From Chiloscyllium plagiosum (lineage: Eukaryota), in NCBI RefSeq assembly GCF_004010195.1, contig NC_057719.1, forward strand, positions 47,865,748 through 47,929,747: a DNA stretch of 64,000 nt. Direction: 5' to 3'. A program made the translations under genes and the position numbers. Shown piece by piece: positions 61,844 through 64,000 of the stretch. The notes beneath the pieces are model-generated. The model saw only the letters and a list, made by a program, of their open reading frames with translations. It did not search any database and had not been told where the DNA came from. How positions within the stretch are numbered: the stretch's first letter is position 1; each line of letters begins with the position of its first letter.

Positions 61844-63294
61844 TCAGAAAAGATTTACAAGGATGTTGCCAGGGTTCAAGGATTTGAGCTTAGGGAGAGG
61901 CTGAATAGGCTGGGGCTGTTTTCCCTGGAGCGTTGTAGGCTAAGGCGTGACCTTAAGGGTGGTTTATAAAATCATGAGGGACATGGATAGGATAAATAAA
62001 CAAGGATTTTTCCCTGGAGTGATGGAGTTCAGAACTAGAGGGCATAAATTTAGGGTGAGAGGGGAAGGATATGAAAGGGACCTAAGGGACAACTTTTTCA
62101 CATAGAGGGTGGTAGGTGTATGAAATGAGCTGCCAGAGGAAGTGGTGGAGACTAGTATAATTACAGCATTTAAAAAAGGCATCTGGATGGTTATGAGTAG
62201 GCAGGGTTAAGAGGGATATGGGCCAAGTGCTGGCAAATAGGATTAGATTAGGTTAGAATATCTAGTCGGCATGGATGGATTGGACCGAAGGGTCTGTTTC
62301 TGTACTGTATGCCTCTATGACTATGACTCTATTTAGGATGGATATTGAACCTTAGACAGTGCACAAAAGGAGAATGGTAACAGTAATGAGAGATTTTAGA
62401 TACAAGGAAAGATTAGAGAGAAATTGATTTGATTCTTCGTTGCAGGGAAATTTAAGTGGTGATCTTATTGACATGTTCAAAATTGTAAGCAATTTTCATA
62501 GGGTAAAGAAGGATATTCTTTTCTACTGGTTGGTATATCATTAGCTAGGAATCACAATTTCAAGATTGTCAGAGAGCCAAAAGTCAGATTTACTCAGTTG
62601 TTAGGATTTAGAATCTGCTGCCTGGAAGAGTGGTGTCAGAATGGGGAGCTTTTCTCTAACTGGAGTCATACCTAGCACAAAAATAGTTGTGGTTATTGAA
62701 AGGTAATTTTCTCAGTACTAGGACATTGCCCTGAGAAACTCCTGCAGCAATGTCAAGTCCAATCGTCTTCAGCTGCCTCATCTATGGTCTTCCTTATATC
62801 AAGTACTACACTGTCAACATCTGATAAAGCAGGACCAGAGAGCCAAGGGCAAATAGAGAATGAAATTCTGTCAGTAAATGTGAAAAAGTTATACACTGTC
62901 AAAGTTGTCAACACGCGTGTCAACCTTTGAACCTTAAAAAAAAATCTTAAAACAGAGTTTGACGGAAACAGAACAAAGTGAACCATCAGTGTAGATGGCC
63001 ACCATTTTGAAATAACAACGTAAAATGCAAAGAGAGGGTTTTCTTAAATTATTATGCATCTTCTCAACACAGGTTGTATCATTGCTTGATCTCTCATAGC
63101 CAGTTGTAGGATTCTGATAAGTAAAGCATGCATTTGTGCAATGAAAAATTGAAACTGCTAATGAGAGTAGCATGTCATAGCTAAACAAATGGTGGAGTTG
63201 ACTTAAATGCCAAATATATGCAAAACACAATGTATAGTTATGGTATTGCCAACATAACCTAGAATCACCTCAATTCACCTCAATTTCAAGCCTG

Positions 63295-64000
63295 TAAGAA
63301 CATAGAACATAGAAGAATACAGCGCAGTACAGGCCCTTCGGCCCTCGATGTTGCGCCGATCCAAGCCCACCTAACCTACACTAGCCCACTATCCTCCATA
63401 TGCCTATCCAATGCCCGCTTAAATGCCCATAATGAGGGAAAGTCCACCACTGCTACTGGCAGGGCATTCCATGAACTCACGACTCGCTGAGTAAAGAACC
63501 TACCCCTAACATCTGTCCTATTCCTCATACGGTCTTCCTTCCATACCAGGCAACATCCTGGTAAACCTCCTCTGCACCCGTTCCAGTGCCTCCACATCCT
63601 TCCTATAGTATGGCGACCAAAACTGCACACAATACTCCAGATGCGGCTGCACCAAAGTCTTATACATCTGCAACATGACCTCAGGACTCCGGAACTCAAT
63701 TCGTCTACCAATAAAAGCCAGTACGCCATATGCCTTCCTCACTGCACTATTTACCTGGGTGGCAACTTTCAGAGATTTGTGTACATGGACACCAAGATCC
63801 CTCTGCTCATCCACATTACCAAGTATCCGACCATTAGCCCAGTACCCCATCTTTTTATTACTCTTACCAAAGTGAATCACCTCACACTTAGCTACATTGA
63901 ACTCCATTTGCCACATTTCTGCCCAGTTCTGCAGCTTATCTATATCCCGCTGTAACCTGCCATATCCTTCCTCACTGTCTACAACTCCTCCGACTTTCGT
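63295..64000 (-). mobile_element. Young CR1 LINE 3' part
   Basis: WQMEFNVAKCEVIHFG...[31 protein letters not shown]. Confidence 0.9.

Larger units (their letters stand above)
59700..62340 (+). mobile_element. Old and young CR1 fragments with SINE and PLE insertions
   Basis: EN and RT remnants; CR1 3' tail near 62320. Confidence 0.7.

Overview
Vertebrate genomic DNA, almost certainly from a shark (inferred from HE1-type V-SINEs, a SacSINE1-like DeuSINE, HER1/CR1 LINEs and Penelope elements). It holds three genes in the order known from human 14q22: the single coding exon of FBXO34 (+, 5232-7433); the complete 10-exon ATG14 CDS (-, 40511 to 13807, 1479 nt = 492 aa, with a GC-AG intron 7); and the last two coding exons of TBPL2 (-, 57833-57739 and 53577-53498). 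Much of the non-coding DNA is nested transposable elements. Most notable: (i) three families of Penelope-like elements (PLEs) carrying minimal hammerhead-ribozyme motifs, many as small palindromic units with 8-15 bp target-site duplications (TSDs); (ii) a four-level nested insertion upstream of ATG14, in which inverted PLE ends with a perfect 15-bp TSD enclose about 2 kb of unrelated DNA; (iii) a 5'UTR+ORF1-only L1-like relic; (iv) a Btk-type zinc-finger-like motif at the FBXO34 C-terminus. There is an assembly gap at 36230-36303. Repeat boundaries are approximate unless a TSD is quoted. Family names come from recalled consensus similarity, not from a database search.
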